DNA of 62,923 bases, the filler included, from Sphacelaria rigidula (lineage: Eukaryota), in NCBI GenBank assembly GCA_964200075.2. It is 7 parts of 7 records of this genome, joined end to end, with 100 filler letters (N's around TTAATTAATTAA, not from the genome) between each part and the next. Parts side by side here need not be neighbours in the genome. Positions count along the whole stretch, not along the records: positions 36,015 to 44,917 come from CAXNAA020009794.1; positions 45,018 to 53,920 come from CAXNAA020009795.1; 5 more parts are not named here. The stretch is one strand, 5' to 3'. The notes beneath the pieces were generated by a model. It did no database searches, was not told the origin of the DNA, and saw only the letters and a program-made list of their open reading frames with translations. The position numbers and the translations under genes are program-made. Of this stretch, positions 36,015-48,077 are shown one piece after another (position 1 is the first letter of the stretch; the number at the start of each line of letters is the position of its first letter).

Positions 36015-36367
36015 GTGTCGTGTGTGTGTGTTGTCGTCCCATCTATTCTGGACGCCGGTCTACACCTTTCGGTATATGTGGGTGCACCAGCCGGGGTCAC
36101 ACAGGAGGAAGGTCAACACAGGAGTTTTTTCTTTTTGTTTGTTTTTAGTATTCCATCTTCCTTCTGTCATGCTTGCCTTTATTTTTTCATCGCGAGAGGG
36201 GTTCAGCAGTCCCTTTCCCTCGTCGACCATTAAGTCGAATTAAGTGTACCCATGACATAGTCGCTCTCCACTGTTGGGCATGGTGTGAGACAAAATCCCA
36301 GATCGCTCCGAGATTTGAACCCATGACCCAACCTTCAGAAGGTTTCGAGGTTACCAACTGAGCCACA
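36015..36367 (-). mobile_element. tRNA-derived SINE (~350 bp)
   Basis: Minus-strand head gtggctcagttgg (A box) ... ggttcaaatc (B box), body, (CA)n tail; four copies in the window. Confidence 0.85.
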
Positions 36368-37310
36368 CACGTGAACAGATAATACCCTGTAGGATGTACT
36401 GCACAGGGTTCTTCGCAGTCTTTGTGAAAACCCCTGTACGGCATTTGCAAGCCCTAGTACCTCTACCAGCATTTTGTGTAGCGTTTCTCTCGACACCCTG
36501 TAAGCAACCCTGTGGTAAGACACTCCCAATTATAGAATTCCAAATTATTTTGTTGCAAAATCTGTGAAAGTATTTATTTCCAACAGCTTCTCCTGCTGTA
36601 CAAATCTCATGCACACTGGAAGATATGGAATTTGAACAAAAAAAGAATAAGCTCGAAATAAATCCTCATTTTGCCCGCCAATTCATCGAGTGATGCTGCG
36701 ATAGGGTCTGCACTTCTGGGGCCAAAACCGGCCTGATTCAGGGGTTCCTAAAATTAGGAACTACACAAGAATGTGGGTCAGGATATCCCCGTTTGCAAAT
36801 TCATTCGGGATATCCCTAGCAAATTGGAAGAGAAACCCTGGCGTACTCTCACCTATTTCGAAAGTCGTGTTTTTGCTGAGATAAAGGGTTCCTAACAATT
36901 CTACTCTCAGGCCGTAAAAGTGCTGACCCTATCGCAGCATCACCCCATCCAAAAATCGGACAAAAAGATGACTTATTGCGAACAGCATCAGCTGTGCAAG
37001 TCCCACATACTGCACCGTTATCAGCGGATGGGATCCGAGATGCAGCAAAAAAACGAAATTAATTAATCCTCTTGCCCCCCAATTCATGTATCAATTGGGC
37101 TAAAGGATAAAATTCTCGACAGCTTTCGCTGAAAACATATCCCACATACTGCTTACGAGTGTATATGTCCACACGTCTGTGCTTAGATGCGACGGATCGG
37201 CTGCAGGCGTGATGAAGACGTTGAGATATAGGTGTATACCTCGCATATGTATGCACATAGCTCATAAAAACCCAGTTGTCCAATGTCTACCAAGACAAAC
37301 CAAATGGTTT
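36366..37310. repeat. Diverged repeat with an inverted paralog at ~39170-39980
   Basis: Colinear reverse-complement blocks, e.g. catactgcaccgttatcagcggatgggatccg vs cggatcccatacgctgataacagtgcagtatg. Confidence 0.8.
36688..36945. mobile_element. 258-bp MITE, Sola2-like (GRG...CYC termini, 4-bp TSD)
   Basis: TIR gagtgatgctgcgatagggtc.gcactt / aagtgc.gaccctatcgcagcatcaccc; TSD CATC on both sides; the paralog near 39518 has a single catc and no insert. Confidence 0.75.
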
Positions 37311-37374
37311 TTAGATCAAAAACGCGAAACAAATCCCATCGCGGTATATATATATATATATATATTTTTATGAG

Positions 37375-37434
37375 GATGATTGATTGATCGACTGTCGCAC
37401 TTTAACTGACCCCCCAGAAGGGGCCCAGCCGTGG
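37375..37434 (-). mobile_element. Retroposon 3' end (CCACGG stem-loop) with (CAAT)n tail
   Basis: Reverse complement ccacggctgggccccttctggggggtcagttaaagtgcgacagtcgatcaatcaatc. Confidence 0.55.
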
Positions 37435-38131
37435 GCTATATAATCACAACAATAAACTGTATGCTGAATTGTGCATCCAATACCATGCAGGACAGTGCAA
37501 TACCGTGCTTATACGCAGGTGCTATATACTGCAGAGTGAGCGCGTCACATTCGCTACGTATGGCTGTGCAATATGGATATATGCTTCAGCTTATATTTTG
37601 ATATATGGGGGCGTTATATACCGTCAGGAGTAACCATAGAGTTCGCACATACGCACGTACATAGAAATGCGCACGCAACTGCAGCACGCGATAGAGGATT
37701 TATTGGGGTAGCCGAATGGCCGCGTGTGTGGTTTGATCCGCCGCCGTGCGATGCTGCGCGACCATGGAAGAAGATGCTCAAGCTTCCATGCACCAACAAG
37801 AAATACATTATACCCAACCACGGTAGTGTGTATCTATATATCCCTGTGCCTAACTAGTGCTCTTTGCTACATACAGTATAGGTTTGTGCGGTAGCTGGAA
37901 ACACAAGTGTCGTTATGGGTCATTTACATGGATCTCGGATCATGATCTATGCTATATAATATAGAAGTATTTTGAAGTTCAAAATTGCCGGGGTCCCAAA
38001 GGTCAAACTCTAGAGGTAAATTTACACCCTGAGGACTCATTTTCCCCCAAAGTTGCCAACAGGCAAAAATACTAAAAATACAAAATAAGGGTGCCCATAT
38101 TTCCGTTTCTGATCCCCCAGTCAACAACAAA

Positions 38132-38225
38132 TCATAGGTGGTTCAATGCTCAGTGCGTTCTCCTCCCGAGCACTAGAGTGCGAGTTCGATACCCACCCCT
38201 GTCACAACTGAACCGTTTTTTTCTG
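38132..38225 (+). other. tRNA-like Pol III promoter relic followed by a T-run
   Basis: tggttcaatg (A-box-like), gagttcgatacc (B box), then ttttttt; no convincing cloverleaf. Confidence 0.4.
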
Positions 38226-38384
38226 CCCGTACCGTGCCCGCGCTGTAAGGTCAAGCAAATTGTACGAACGTAAAAAAAATGTACAGAATATTAACAGCAA
38301 TGAACACTACACGAAGTGACATAACCCTGTGAAGCGTACTATGTGGTGCAAAAGAATATCCTCCAGCAAAATCCCCGCGAGAAA

Positions 38385-40110
38385 CACACGTGAACAGATA
38401 GCACCCTGTGGGGCACGTCTACAGGGTTCAGGGAACCTGTGCAGTGTTTCTCGCGGGGACTTAGCTGTGTGGTGTTTTTTTGCGCCACACAGTACGTTTC
38501 ACAGGGTCCCAGGGACCTGTGCAGTGTTTGTCGCGGGGATTTGGCTGTACGTTTTTTTTCGCGCCGCACAGTACGCTTCACAGGGTTTCGTCACCCCTAA
38601 TACTGTTCATTGTTGTTAATATGCTCTACAGCCTTTATAGCGCACATACAATATACTCCATACAGAATGGGCATGATACTGGTAAAGAAAAACGTCCGAG
38701 AAACTGTAGTGATAGTAATTGAATTCACGATTTCGTGCTCGGGAGGGCGCTTGGTTGCATATTGAGCTACATGATTTGTTGCTCACAGCGCCGATATTTT
38801 GTGCCTGTAATTACTATCAAGAAAAAATCTTCGTAAACAAAAGCATGCTCGATTGAGTGATTTTGTTAGACTGCGGACCACGGGGTTTTCATAAGCAATG
38901 TGGACTCATCTGCGCTGTTCATTGTTGATAATATGCTCTACAGCCTTTATAGCGCACATACAATATACTCCATGCAGAATGGGCATGGTACTCGTAGAAA
39001 ACAACGTCCGAGAAACTGCAGTGATAGTAATTGAATTCACGATTTCGTGCTCGGGAGGGCGCTCGGTTGCATATTGAGCTACATGATTTGTTACTCACAA
39101 CGCCGACATTTTGTGCCTGTAATAACTATCAAGAAAAAACCTTCGTAAACAAAAGCATGCTCGATTGAGTGATTTGGGTAGACTGCGGACCACGGGGTTT
39201 TCATAAGCAATGTGGACTCATATGCGAGGTATATACCGTCACTCTGGCATCCACGCCTTAAGCAACAGCGTCGTATCCAAGCTCGTAGGCGTGTGGACAT
39301 ACACACTCGTAATTCGTGTGCTTGATCTCTGTTCAGCAAAAGCTGTCAAGCATTATTCATCCTTTAGCCCATGTATACATAGACTGGGGAGCAAAAGGAT
39401 GAATTGCTTTCATCAATTTATTCTGCATGTCGGATCCCATACGCTGATAACAGTGCAGTATGCGGGATATGCCCAGCTGACGCTGTTCGCAATAAATCTC
39501 TCTTTGCCCAATTTCCGGATGAAGTGGAGGGCAAAGTGAAGATTCATTTCGAGCTTCTTCTGCTGTTCAAATTCCAAATCTACCAGTTTGCATGGGATTT
39601 GCGCAGCAGAAACAGCTGTTCGAAATAGATCCTTTTTTCGCCCATTTTAAATTGGCGAAAAAAGGATCTATTTTGAATAGCTTCTCCTGCTGTCCGAGAT
39701 ATATTTCTCTTTGCCCGATTCATCGAGCAAAAAGGAATTTATCTCGGACAGCAGGAAAAACTATCAAAAAAAGAAACACAGATTTTATACCAAGTAATTT
39801 AGAATTTTTAAAATTGGGAAGGCCTCTCCACAGGGTTGCTTGCAGGGTTTCGACAAGAACGCTATGCAAAATGCTATTACAGGTACTAGGGTTCGCAAAT
39901 GCTGCACTGTGGTTTTCACAAAGACTGTAAAGAACCTTGTGCAGCTTGTCCTACAGGGTGCTATTTGTCCACGTGTGGACACTGCACAGTTTCCCTGACA
40001 CCCTGTACAGCATCCTGTGTGGCGGAGAAAAGCAACTCGCCAGAAACACCGCACAGTTCCCCTGAACCCTGTAGACGTGCCCCACAGGGTGCTATTTGTC
40101 CACGTATGTG
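38385..40110. mobile_element. Non-autonomous TIR element with ~55-bp CAC-type inverted ends
   Basis: acgtgaacagatagcaccctgtggggcacgtctacagggttcaggg vs ccctgaaccctgtagacgtgccccacagggtgctatttgtccacgt. Confidence 0.6.
38602..39221. repeat. ~313-bp direct tandem duplication
   Basis: ctgttcattgttg.taatatgctctacagcc...gtggactcat occurs twice, near-identical. Confidence 0.9.
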
Positions 40111-40275
40111 CACCGGGACAAGGGATGCAGGGACAAAAGCAAGATAATCAAATGTAAACGAACGAGAAAAGAGGATGGCTGAGGTCCCCACATCTAGCAA
40201 GAAGCAACTAACTGCAGTGAGTACCTCAGCACAGAATGGAGCACGACAGTTGGGGGAAAGACGACGCGCGGCCTT

Positions 40276-40728
40276 GAACACGGGATTTCACAAATTGGGG
40301 ATGGATCTTTAATTGGGGATGAAAACCCGGAGGATTGAAATCTTTGTATATCCACACCAAATCTTCGAAACATGGTTCCATTTCTTCACTTGCTGGTAGC
40401 TATTGACAACTACTACACGCCATACAAATTTGGATTTCGATAGCCAAAATGTTGGGGTCCTCGGTGAAAAACCAATTGGGGGGGATTCCAGGTGTCCGAT
40501 CGGACGCCAAAATCGGCTTTTCCCCCAAGACCCCGACATTTCGGTTATCGAAATCCAAATTTGTATGACTTGTAGTAGTAGTCAATAGCTACCAGCAGTG
40601 AAGTAGTGGAAGCATACTTCGAAGATTTGGTTTGGATACGAAGATTTGGTCTGGATACGAAGATTTTAACTCTCTGGCTTTTCATCCTCAATCAAACATC
40701 TATCCCCAATTTGTAAATTCCCGTGTTC
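40276..40728. mobile_element. Fold-back (almost fully palindromic) MITE, ~450 bp
   Basis: gaacacggga...caaattggggat arm pairs with atccccaatttg...tcccgtgttc over ~200 bp; the ORF track shows mirror-image peptides on the two strands (40400-40588). Confidence 0.8.
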
Positions 40729-41164
40729 TTAGCTCTCCAGGTATGTATGTCGGCCCGAACGAGGATGCAAGTGTGAAACTGCGGAATATTCGCAACTCAC
40801 AACTCCATTAGTAGTAGTAGTAGTAGTAGTAGTAGTATTTTATTATCATTACCCTATATATTAATAGCGTAATGTCGCGAGCTCCCACACTGCCAACAAG
40901 TACGGGGGTGTCCGGATTACCCGTACTGTAGCCAAGATACAAACGATCCTTATCGGAACAATTATTTGTACCAAACTCAGACTGAAGAGGAGAAAATTGT
41001 CACTCTTCTCTAACATCCTGCAGAACCAGGTCGAAAGATAATCCGTGCTCGAACGGTCAAGTTTTATCGATTCCCATGGAATTTGAAAACCCCGTCGTCT
41101 GTACAGCACCGATACCACAAAATGCACCCGTGGACAGTAATCCAGTGTTTTACTGAGAGAGAAA

Positions 41165-41670
41165 GCAAGAGCAGCACTATACTATAGAGTTCAGCATATA
41201 CACTGTTTCAGCTCCTTCCACGGAATCGTAATCGTCGTCTGCACCGCTGTACAAGAGTAGCACTATACTATAGAGTACAGCATGTACAGTGTATTAGCTC
41301 CTTCCACGGAATCGTCGTCTGCACACCTGTATGTACAAGAGTAGCACTATACTATAGAGTATAGCATGTACACTGTACTAGTCCTTCCACGAAATTGTGG
41401 TCTGCACACCTGTATGTACAAGAGTAGTAGCACTATACTAAAGAGTACAGCATGTACAGTGTATTACCTCCTTCCACGGAATCGTGGTCTGCACAGCTAA
41501 ACAAGAGTAGCACTATACTAAAGAGTACAGCATGTACAGTGTATCATCTCCTTCCAAGTACAGCATGTACAGCGTATTAGCTCCTTCCACGGAATAGTGG
41601 TCTGCACACCTGTATGTACAAGAGTAGCACTATACTATAGAGTACAGCATGTACAGTGTATTAGCTGTAC
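41165..41670. repeat. Minisatellite, ~85-bp unit
   Basis: caagagtagcactatactatagagtacagcatgtacagtgtattagctccttccacggaatcgtggtctgcacac repeated about six times. Confidence 0.9.
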
Positions 41671-42242
41671 AGCACCACCCAGGAGCATCACCCACGCCGA
41701 GTCCATCATTAACCGCGTCGTGTTTACTGCAACAGTCGTCATCACATGTCGTCTGTACTATGTGTGCTTTTCTTTCTTGGTCATGTGGTTCGCCATACTG
41801 TTCGAAGATACATGAAACAGTTTTCCACGTTTTGTTCGCAGTCAAATATTTAAAGGTTGTATTGTGGCTGGCGGGACCATCGCCTCCTGCTGCCTCTCTC
41901 AAGAAATGGAAAAAGAGCACCTGCGATACAGTGCTCGATACGACACAGGTTATGAAACAGCATCACTCTGGAGCATCACCCACGCCGAGTCCATCATTAA
42001 CCGCGTCGTGTTTACTGCAACAGTCGTCATCACATGTAGTCTGCACTATGTGTGCTTTTCTTTCTTGGTCATGTGGTTCGCCATACTGTTCGAAGATATA
42101 TGAAACAGTTTTCCACGTTTTGTTCGCAGTCAAATATTTAAAGGTTGTATTGTGGCAGGCGGGGTCATCGCCTCCTGCTGCCGCTCTCAAGAAATGGAAA
42201 AAGAGCACCTGCGACACAGCACTCGCCACGACAGTTTATGAA
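41670..42242. repeat. 288-bp direct tandem duplication
   Basis: ggagcatcacccacgccgagtcc at 41682 and 41970. Confidence 0.9.
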
Positions 42243-42984
42243 GTCCAACAAGAGTATGATGACTGTAACTTGCGCTTCTGTTTGTTGCGATTGTCATGTG
42301 GATGTCTGCCTGTTTGCTCGGGTGAGCTCTTGACGGAGTAGTGTCCTTGTCTTATTTTGTTGTAGTTCCACACCCCTCTCCGACTGCGGAGCAATCAACT
42401 GTGGGAGAAGTTCAAAGTATAGTTCAAAGTAGATGAACGGAACATATACTCTTCGCTGTGACCGTCAACTGTATCGTACACCTTCGCTACACGCTGCCAA
42501 GACGGACAGTAAATCCAATACGAAACTTCTCACCGGTTGTTCGCACTGCACACATTTTCGACAGACTCTGCAGCTCGCATCGCGCTGTCCAAAGATGAGC
42601 GCGATTTTCTTTACTGTCACGGGTGGTATTCACCAAACACCTGATTTTAGCTCTGCGCCTGGAGGTGGGTTCCCTCACTACAGCCCCTCCTGCGCCCGCG
42701 AATCGCTCCTTTTCCCACTATGTGTCAGTACTTCTCGACGCTACACTCTTGGCTGGTGGCGAAGTGTGGCTATTCCTTCACGGCTGGCAATTGTGTACTG
42801 CATGTACCATCCATATGTATGTTCCATCATGCTGTATCATCGCTTCCTACATTGAGACCCATGGTTATCATTTCATCATCGCTTCCGACGGAAAACGATC
42901 TTCAATACAAAAAAATGTGGAGATTGCAGCGTTGTGGTTTTCGAAGCCTTGAACGGACAAACTTTGCCGTCTGCACATACGTTG

Positions 42985-43090
42985 TGTGTTTGCGTGTTGT
43001 TGTCCCATCTATTCTGGGCGTCGGTCTACACCTTTTGGTATAAATGGGAGCATCAGCCGGGGTCACACAGGAGGAAGCTCAACACAGGAT
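42985..43090 (-). mobile_element. tRNA-derived SINE, 3' fragment
   Basis: gtcccatctattctgggcgtcggtctacacc...ggggtcacacaggaggaag, same family as 36015-36367. Confidence 0.75.
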
Positions 43091-43604
43091 CTTTTATGTA
43101 GAACAAACTAGATCGTGTTGTTATTCCTTGGAATAGCTCTGATTGTGTTGGGTTGTGTGGTAAGCCTTTGCACGTGCGCCCCTGTCAACAAGACATGTAT
43201 GTTCCCCGTCAAGGTGTCCGCAAATCCCTCTTCAAAAACGGATTACCGGAAGTGCTTTTTCTGCGCTTCCTGAAGGATTTTCTACAGAAGGGATTTCTGG
43301 ACACCCTTCGGGGTTTTCCCTGGGTGGGCGGGTGGTATCGCAGCGACCACTCAGCGATCGTTTTTCAACAGAACAATCTCGAAAAGGGGTTGATTTAACT
43401 TGATTGAACCAACAATCATAATCGATGCAGGGGTGCACGAGGAAACAAAATGCCGCACACCGATGTATACCCTTTAATTTGTTTGGACCCCTCAGGGCAC
43501 ACGCGGCCATTTGGCTACCCCCCAAAATGCCTCCGGAGGGATGACCAACAATGTTTCCGTGATTTTGAGGGTAGAGGGTAAAGTTCAGAGTGAGAAGCGG
43601 TTAA

Positions 43605-44125
43605 TTAGTGAATGAATCGTTTGAGTTTCAAAATGCCCCTCCACGAGGCCCAATATACTTTCTGTAGTCGCTCGCCGCTGAGACCCTTGATATCCTCAAG
43701 TGGGATATCGACGTGAAGCTGAAAGCACACGCCAGTGATGGAGGCGAAGAAAAGCACACACAGAATGAAAAATTGGCTAAGCGAAAGCGAAAGCGAATAC
43801 TCAAAGCCTCTCTCAATCAGCGCTCTACTCTCAATCTCACGAAAACGGTGTTGATCATGATCGATGCAGGGGTGCACGAAAAGAAAAATGCCGCACACAC
43901 CTATGAGAGCAGATTCGTGAGATTCAGAGCGTAATATCAGGTTGAGAGTGGATGCTCTAGCGTTCCTTACAGGCAACTTTTTTTTGCTTGAGCACACGTC
44001 CCGTGCATTCAGCTACCCTACAGTACCCCATTCGAGGCTTTCAGCGGTCTGGTTGGTGAGATACCGCACGAAGCATTTTTACGCCTGGGGGGGCATTTCG
44101 GAACTGAAACTGTTCCAGGCACTAA
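43605..44125. mobile_element. Probable MITE with degenerate ~35-bp TIRs
   Basis: ttagtg....gaa..gttt.agtt.c.aaatgcccc matches the reverse complement of ggggcatttcggaactgaaactgttccaggcactaa; no TSD seen. Confidence 0.4.
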
Positions 44126-44398
44126 TCAGTTTTTCCTGAAAGAGGGGATCTTTTGTTGCAATGGACTGACTACGTCGTTGCGATCAAGTGATGTGTCAAA
44201 TTAATCGTGTAGGTGACAGCTTTCATTGAAGCCACCGCTTCACCAGCTGGGCGCATTACTCCTCGAACTACGTTTGGCGATGTCAAAATCAACGAGAAAG
44301 TCGATTGTTTCGGGTCTCACTCTGAATCCGATGTTACACTCTGAATCTCACTAATATAGTTTTCGATGTATCCTTTATTTTTGTGGACCCCTCAGGGC

Positions 44399-44620
44399 AC
44401 ACGAGGCCATTTGGCTACCCCCCAAAATGCCTCCGCAGGGATGCGCGGCCCTCGAGAGGCAAATACAAGCCTCAGGGGGCGTTCAATCCCTCTGGAGGAC
44501 ACCAAACTTTTTCTCCTCTGGAGGGCCGCGCACCCCTCCGGAGGCATTTCATTCCTCCAGAGGGTCCGTCGAGAGTTGACCGCCCTGGAGCAATTTTGGG
44601 GATAGCCAACTGGCCGCGTG
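44399..44620. mobile_element. Short palindromic MITE; partial copies at ~43485-43540 and ~37700-37735
   Basis: cacgaggccatttggctaccccccaaaatgcctcc.caggg vs ccctggagcaattttggggatagccaactggccgcgtg. Confidence 0.55.
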
Positions 44621-44917
44621 GGGGGAGAAGGGGGGGGGGGTAGGGTAGTAAACTCCCTCCCGAATGCCGTACAATCCCCCATAAAATCGATCGCAAACTC
44701 TGTGCAGTATCAGGCAGCGTCGGAGGTGGGATACCCTCTAATGATGTGTGTGAGGGGGTAGCATACGGCCAACATACACCCCTGATACCGAGGTGCAGAA
44801 ATATAAACAGGAAAAAAAATGAAGAAGTGAAAGAAATCAAAATATGAAATAACAGCCGATTTTATATTTTGGGGTTCAAACAAAATATGGGGCTGAAGTG
44901 GCATATCTGTCTTGCAC

Positions 44918-45017
44918 NNNNNNNNNNNNNNNNNNNNNNNNNNNNNNNNNNNNNNNNNNNNTTAATTAATTAANNNNNNNNNNNNNNNNNNNNNNNNNNN
45001 NNNNNNNNNNNNNNNNN
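44918..45017. other. Artificial contig linker
   Basis: N44-TTAATTAATTAA-N44. Confidence 0.98.
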
Positions 45018-45125
45018 TCTGTGCCTTACCCTTCTCTATTACTTTGTTTATGTGTGCATCCCAAGAACAATTTTTTGAGATCTCTACACCAAGGTATGTA
45101 TACTGGTCTACGATCGGCAGTTGAG
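45018..45125 (-). mobile_element. Non-LTR (LINE) ORF2 fragment, region just after the RT core
   Basis: QLPIVDQYTYLGVEISKNCSWDAHINKVIEKGKAQ matches the Y.YLG.....L.W..HI motif. Confidence 0.8.
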
Positions 45126-45127
45126 AG

Positions 45128-45415
45128 GAGGGGGGGAGGGTGAACTCATAATCGTGCATGCGGTAGTCACAAGACCGTTGACCTCGTATCCCTACGAACC
45201 CGGGGTGTAGCACACCGGGTTTTCGCCGGACCAGGCTCGCAGTCAATCACCAAGCGCGAAGCGCCGCGATGTGTTTGGTCGGTAGCATTAAGGGTGAGCT
45301 GCATCCTGCTAAGAGCTTGTTCGGCCCGAAGGGTACCGACTATCTTGCATACGGATGAAAGTCTCCAATGGGTTGCTTTATTTTCTGGTTTCACCACGTA
45401 CAGAGACAGCGACGC
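45128..45415 (-). mobile_element. Most complete copy (~290 bp) of poly-C-associated retroposon subfamily A
   Basis: Joins the upstream block (cf. 17740-17908) to the 3' core, ending gagttcaccctcccccc. Confidence 0.65.
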
Positions 45416-45458
45416 GTTATACTGCCTCATGGGTGTCTTACCATTTAAACACTACGTA

Positions 45459-46051
45459 CGAGCTGGGCCGGCCTAGAGTAGGTCTGAATCTCGCTCAAGC
45501 GACACACGGCGCGATATTAGGAGTTGGACGCTGAAATTGGAACAGCAGCTTCTTATAATCGAAATGCAGAAGATCACGTGAGCAGCAAAGGAAAAAAGGG
45601 GGGAAAAATAAGTTAAGGGCATTTGAAATTTCAGCAAAAACAAGATCATGTCATAAACCCAGGGGAAAAAGGAGAATCTACAGCTGCTCGCGTGAAGTAT
45701 CAGTTCCTTGGGTGCCAAAGGTCTAACTGGAATTTCAGCTCGAAAGTCGTCGAATTAGGCCGTGCGTTCAACATTTTCCGTGACGCTGCTGCACCCCTAT
45801 AAATCAAGTGATGGGAGACCCCAATTATGGAGGTCATGAGTTCGAATCCCGACAGATTCTTTTTTTTTTCGTCCATCGTTAGGGTCATACATCATGAAAT
45901 ACATTTTTTTTCCTTTCCATTCAGCGGCGGTGCTGTGTGTCACCAGGTTGGTCTACACTTCACAGTGATAAACTCACATCGGGTTCATTCGGGAGACTGG
46001 GAAAGTTGTGGTGTGAGCAACTTTTAGCCGCTTTTGAGCTGGCCCAGCTCG
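45459..46051. mobile_element. TA-flanked MITE family, copy C
   Basis: ta|cgagctgggccggc ... gctggcccagctcg|ta; TA TSD. Confidence 0.75.
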
Positions 46052-47514
46052 TAGTACGATCATCCCCTTGGCGCAGAGTTCAGGTTCTCCACACCGCACA
46101 GTATGATCTAGCTCGACCACCATCACAGTTACCCAAAAGAACGCAAGGGGAAAAAAACGGTAACCTAGTTGCCTAGCTTACGCAGTGAGTGGCGTCTTTA
46201 CAGTCGCTGCCGGCCAGCGCCAACCCTCAAGGGAGGTGAGGGGGGGGGGTCGACTTGATTAATGGGCGAGGTTTCCTCCTTCCTTCCGGGAATTAAAAAA
46301 ATCCTGACGTACATGGGAAATGCACATCCTACGCACATCGGTATTCCATAAACCGCACATCTTAAACCATACATGGGAAATGATGTGGTCGGTCAAGGGG
46401 CTGCATCGTCCGACACAGATCGTACAGTTTGTGTGCTTGAACTGTGTTACCCACTGGAGCTGGAGACGTGGCCGCAGCCAACATACAACTCACAGCTCTA
46501 GTAGTAGTCGGTTAAATTACCTCTTCTTGCTCGGCTCACGATCCTGGCGTAGTGATATATCCCATCACCACCTGGGCAACGGAACTAGAAACTTTGGCCG
46601 CCTTGGGGAAAACCGCATGAACATCGTTCGACAAACAGTATATTTTCATAGACGACAGAGCCTCGAATGATCGAGAGTCAGGTATGAAGCAAAAATAGGG
46701 AGGGGGTGTTATACCCCGCAATCTACTGTGCAGAACACAGCTGACCAAGTCGCATTTGAACACCAGTATGTGTAAGGTGAAGGTTCTACTCCTAATCCTG
46801 GAACTCGTAGATGAAAATCGACGCGCGAATAGACTCAAAATGAAATATGTCACCTGTTCCTCGAGTGTCATGGTAGCATAAGAGGTAAACGTCCCTTAAA
46901 CCGCAGGTAACGTAGCCCTACACGAAGCATTGGGCTGTGGGGTTCTATTTCAAAAATATGCGGCGCGATTTTCCAAACACTGGATGCGGCGGAATTATGC
47001 TGCAGTGCGACGCCTGGCCGAGTATTTAACAGTGCGCAGTCATAGCCCACGTCTCCTGCCAGCTTGTCACGACTATCTGGGTTTGAACGATACAGAAATG
47101 ACAGGGGGTGAAGGCTTGCCTATAGCAGGGGCACCGGAAACTACCGCTGTTGCTGTTGACAAGAACTCGCACCACGCCTGCGTCTGCACGGTGTGTCGAA
47201 GTGGTCCCTGGTACAGCAGTACAGAGCGCAGGACCTCCGCGCAACAGTCCAGTAGGATAGCGCGGCGGCCTTTTCTCTATCTCCTGGTACACTAGTGCGT
47301 GCAGAGTCGAGTTGGTGCACGACAAAATTGCTTGCCTCGATTTTTGCAGAGCTATGAGTCGACAACACCCTAGGCTCCCTGCATCACATGTCATGCGCGA
47401 GGTGCGCAGTACAGTAGTATGGTACTAGAACAGACAGTATTGCACATTTTCGTATGGTGTACCACATTTACCGCGGTTCAACTTGATATTATTATAATCC
47501 TCCCCCCCCCATAA

Positions 47515-47745
47515 GCCGTGGCTGCCTATGGAAGTGGCGATACCAGAAAATGAAGAAACTCATCGGAGGCTGTCATCCAATGCAAGATAATCAGTAGGCT
47601 TCGGGCCGAACGGTCTTAGCAGGATGCAGCTTACCCTTCATGNNNNNNNNNNTGCTCCGTCCCGGCTTTGTACGGATGCGAGATCAATGATCTTATGACA
47701 ATGGCATGCATGATCATGAGTACTTCCCCCCCGCGCGCCCATTAC
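47515..47745 (+). mobile_element. Poly-C-associated retroposon subfamily A spanning a 10-N gap
   Basis: Upstream block 47515-47642 and core 47653-47745 ending gagtacttccccccc. Confidence 0.6.
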
Positions 47746-48006
47746 CACCCCTAACGGTGAGGCCTCCTTTTTTCTTTCGTAGCGGTTACGGTCAGCCGTG
47801 GGATTGCAAATTGTCATCTTATATCGACAAGTTATTGTAATGCGTGCCAGGATCATGGGTTTGTTTTTCGCTGTCTAGTTCAAAACCTCCACACACCCCA
47901 GACCTGCTGCAGGATACTTGCGGCACTGCTACCACGTGCGTTAGCCGTGGCTTTTCACTAGTATTATTATTATTTATCACACTTACACCTTGAATATTAT
48001 GTAGTG

Positions 48007-48007
<1 letters not shown>

Positions 48008-48077
<70 letters not shown>
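48008..48077. repeat. (CTA)n microsatellite
   Basis: About 23 perfect units. Confidence 0.95.

Noticed and set aside
36295..36367. tRNA gene (also 53845-53918, 38132-38225, 45810-45860)
   Set aside because: A and B boxes are present but there is no full cloverleaf; the first two are heads of a multi-copy SINE.
41165..41670. CRISPR-like array
   Set aside because: The whole unit repeats with no unique spacers; it is a minisatellite.
45128..45415. Self-cleaving ribozyme (hammerhead, HDV-like, twister) or group II intron domain V in the poly-C family
   Set aside because: Hairpins are present but I could not find the catalytic consensus or pseudoknots by eye; an Rfam scan would settle it.
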